From Bacilli bacterium (GTDB lineage: Bacteria; Bacillota_I; Bacilli_A; ML615J-28; CAG-698), in NCBI GenBank assembly GCA_050953065.1, contig JBMNLZ010000002.1, forward strand, positions 125,906 through 189,905: DNA of 64,000 nucleotides, read 5' to 3'. The notes beneath the pieces were generated by a model. It saw only the letters and a list, made by a program, of their open reading frames with translations. It ran no database searches and was not told where the DNA came from. A program made the position numbers and the translations under genes. This document shows, piece by piece, positions 63,814 to 64,000 of this stretch; positions within the stretch are counted from its first letter, which is position 1; each line of letters opens with the position of its first letter.

Positions 63814-63845
63814 AACCTCAGAAATGAGGTTTTTTCTTTTTTTAA
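63812..63845 (+). terminator. Rho-independent terminator ending the alpha operon
   Basis: Stem AAAACCTCA / TGAGGTTTT followed by a T-run. Confidence 0.8.
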
Positions 63846-63920
63846 AAATATATGTATATGTATAAATATATTGTAAAAAACATCAAAAAATGATAGAATA
63901 AATAAGTAAATAGGTGTGCT

Positions 63921-64000
63921 ATGAAGAGATTAGATTTTTTAATAATATTCTTAATAGTTTTAATTTGTGTTTCTTTATATATAATATATTTTAATTATCA
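63921..64000 (+). CDS. 5' fragment of a hypothetical membrane protein (runs off the window)
   Basis: ATG followed by a hydrophobic open frame (MKRLDFLIIFLIVLICVSLYIIYFNY); no stop before the window end. Confidence 0.3.
   Translation, partial: MKRLDFLIIFLIVLICVSLYIIYFNY

Overview
AT-rich chromosomal window from a low-GC Gram-positive-lineage bacterium (Bacillota/Mollicutes-like, many lipoproteins). It uses the standard genetic code: TGA acts as a stop (e.g. adk) and conserved proteins are full length. All calls are from reading the sequence and ORF track and from remembered family motifs; no searches were run. Content in order: a sugar-type ABC importer followed by a thermonuclease-like lipoprotein and a large lipoprotein; the conserved rsmA-ispE-spoVG-glmU(like)-prs block; one rRNA operon (16S-23S-5S) with two tandem promoters and 11 downstream tRNAs; a DpnII-type (GATC-family) restriction-modification cassette directly after the tRNA array; surface lipoproteins with a patatin-like phospholipase; pdxS; a four-gene Hnd-type [FeFe]-hydrogenase operon; a Crp/Fnr regulator; and the S10-spc-alpha ribosomal protein operons through rplQ. 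No CRISPR array, transposase or integrase was seen. The most unusual items are the R-M cassette architecture (HTH-fused DpnM with an upstream palindrome, two DpnA-like methylases), a hydrogenase with a TSCSPGW H-cluster motif, an L29 with a lysine/alanine-rich repeat extension, and a two-domain predicted nuclease (DUF2779-like) coupled to rsuA. None of these is proven novel from sequence alone.
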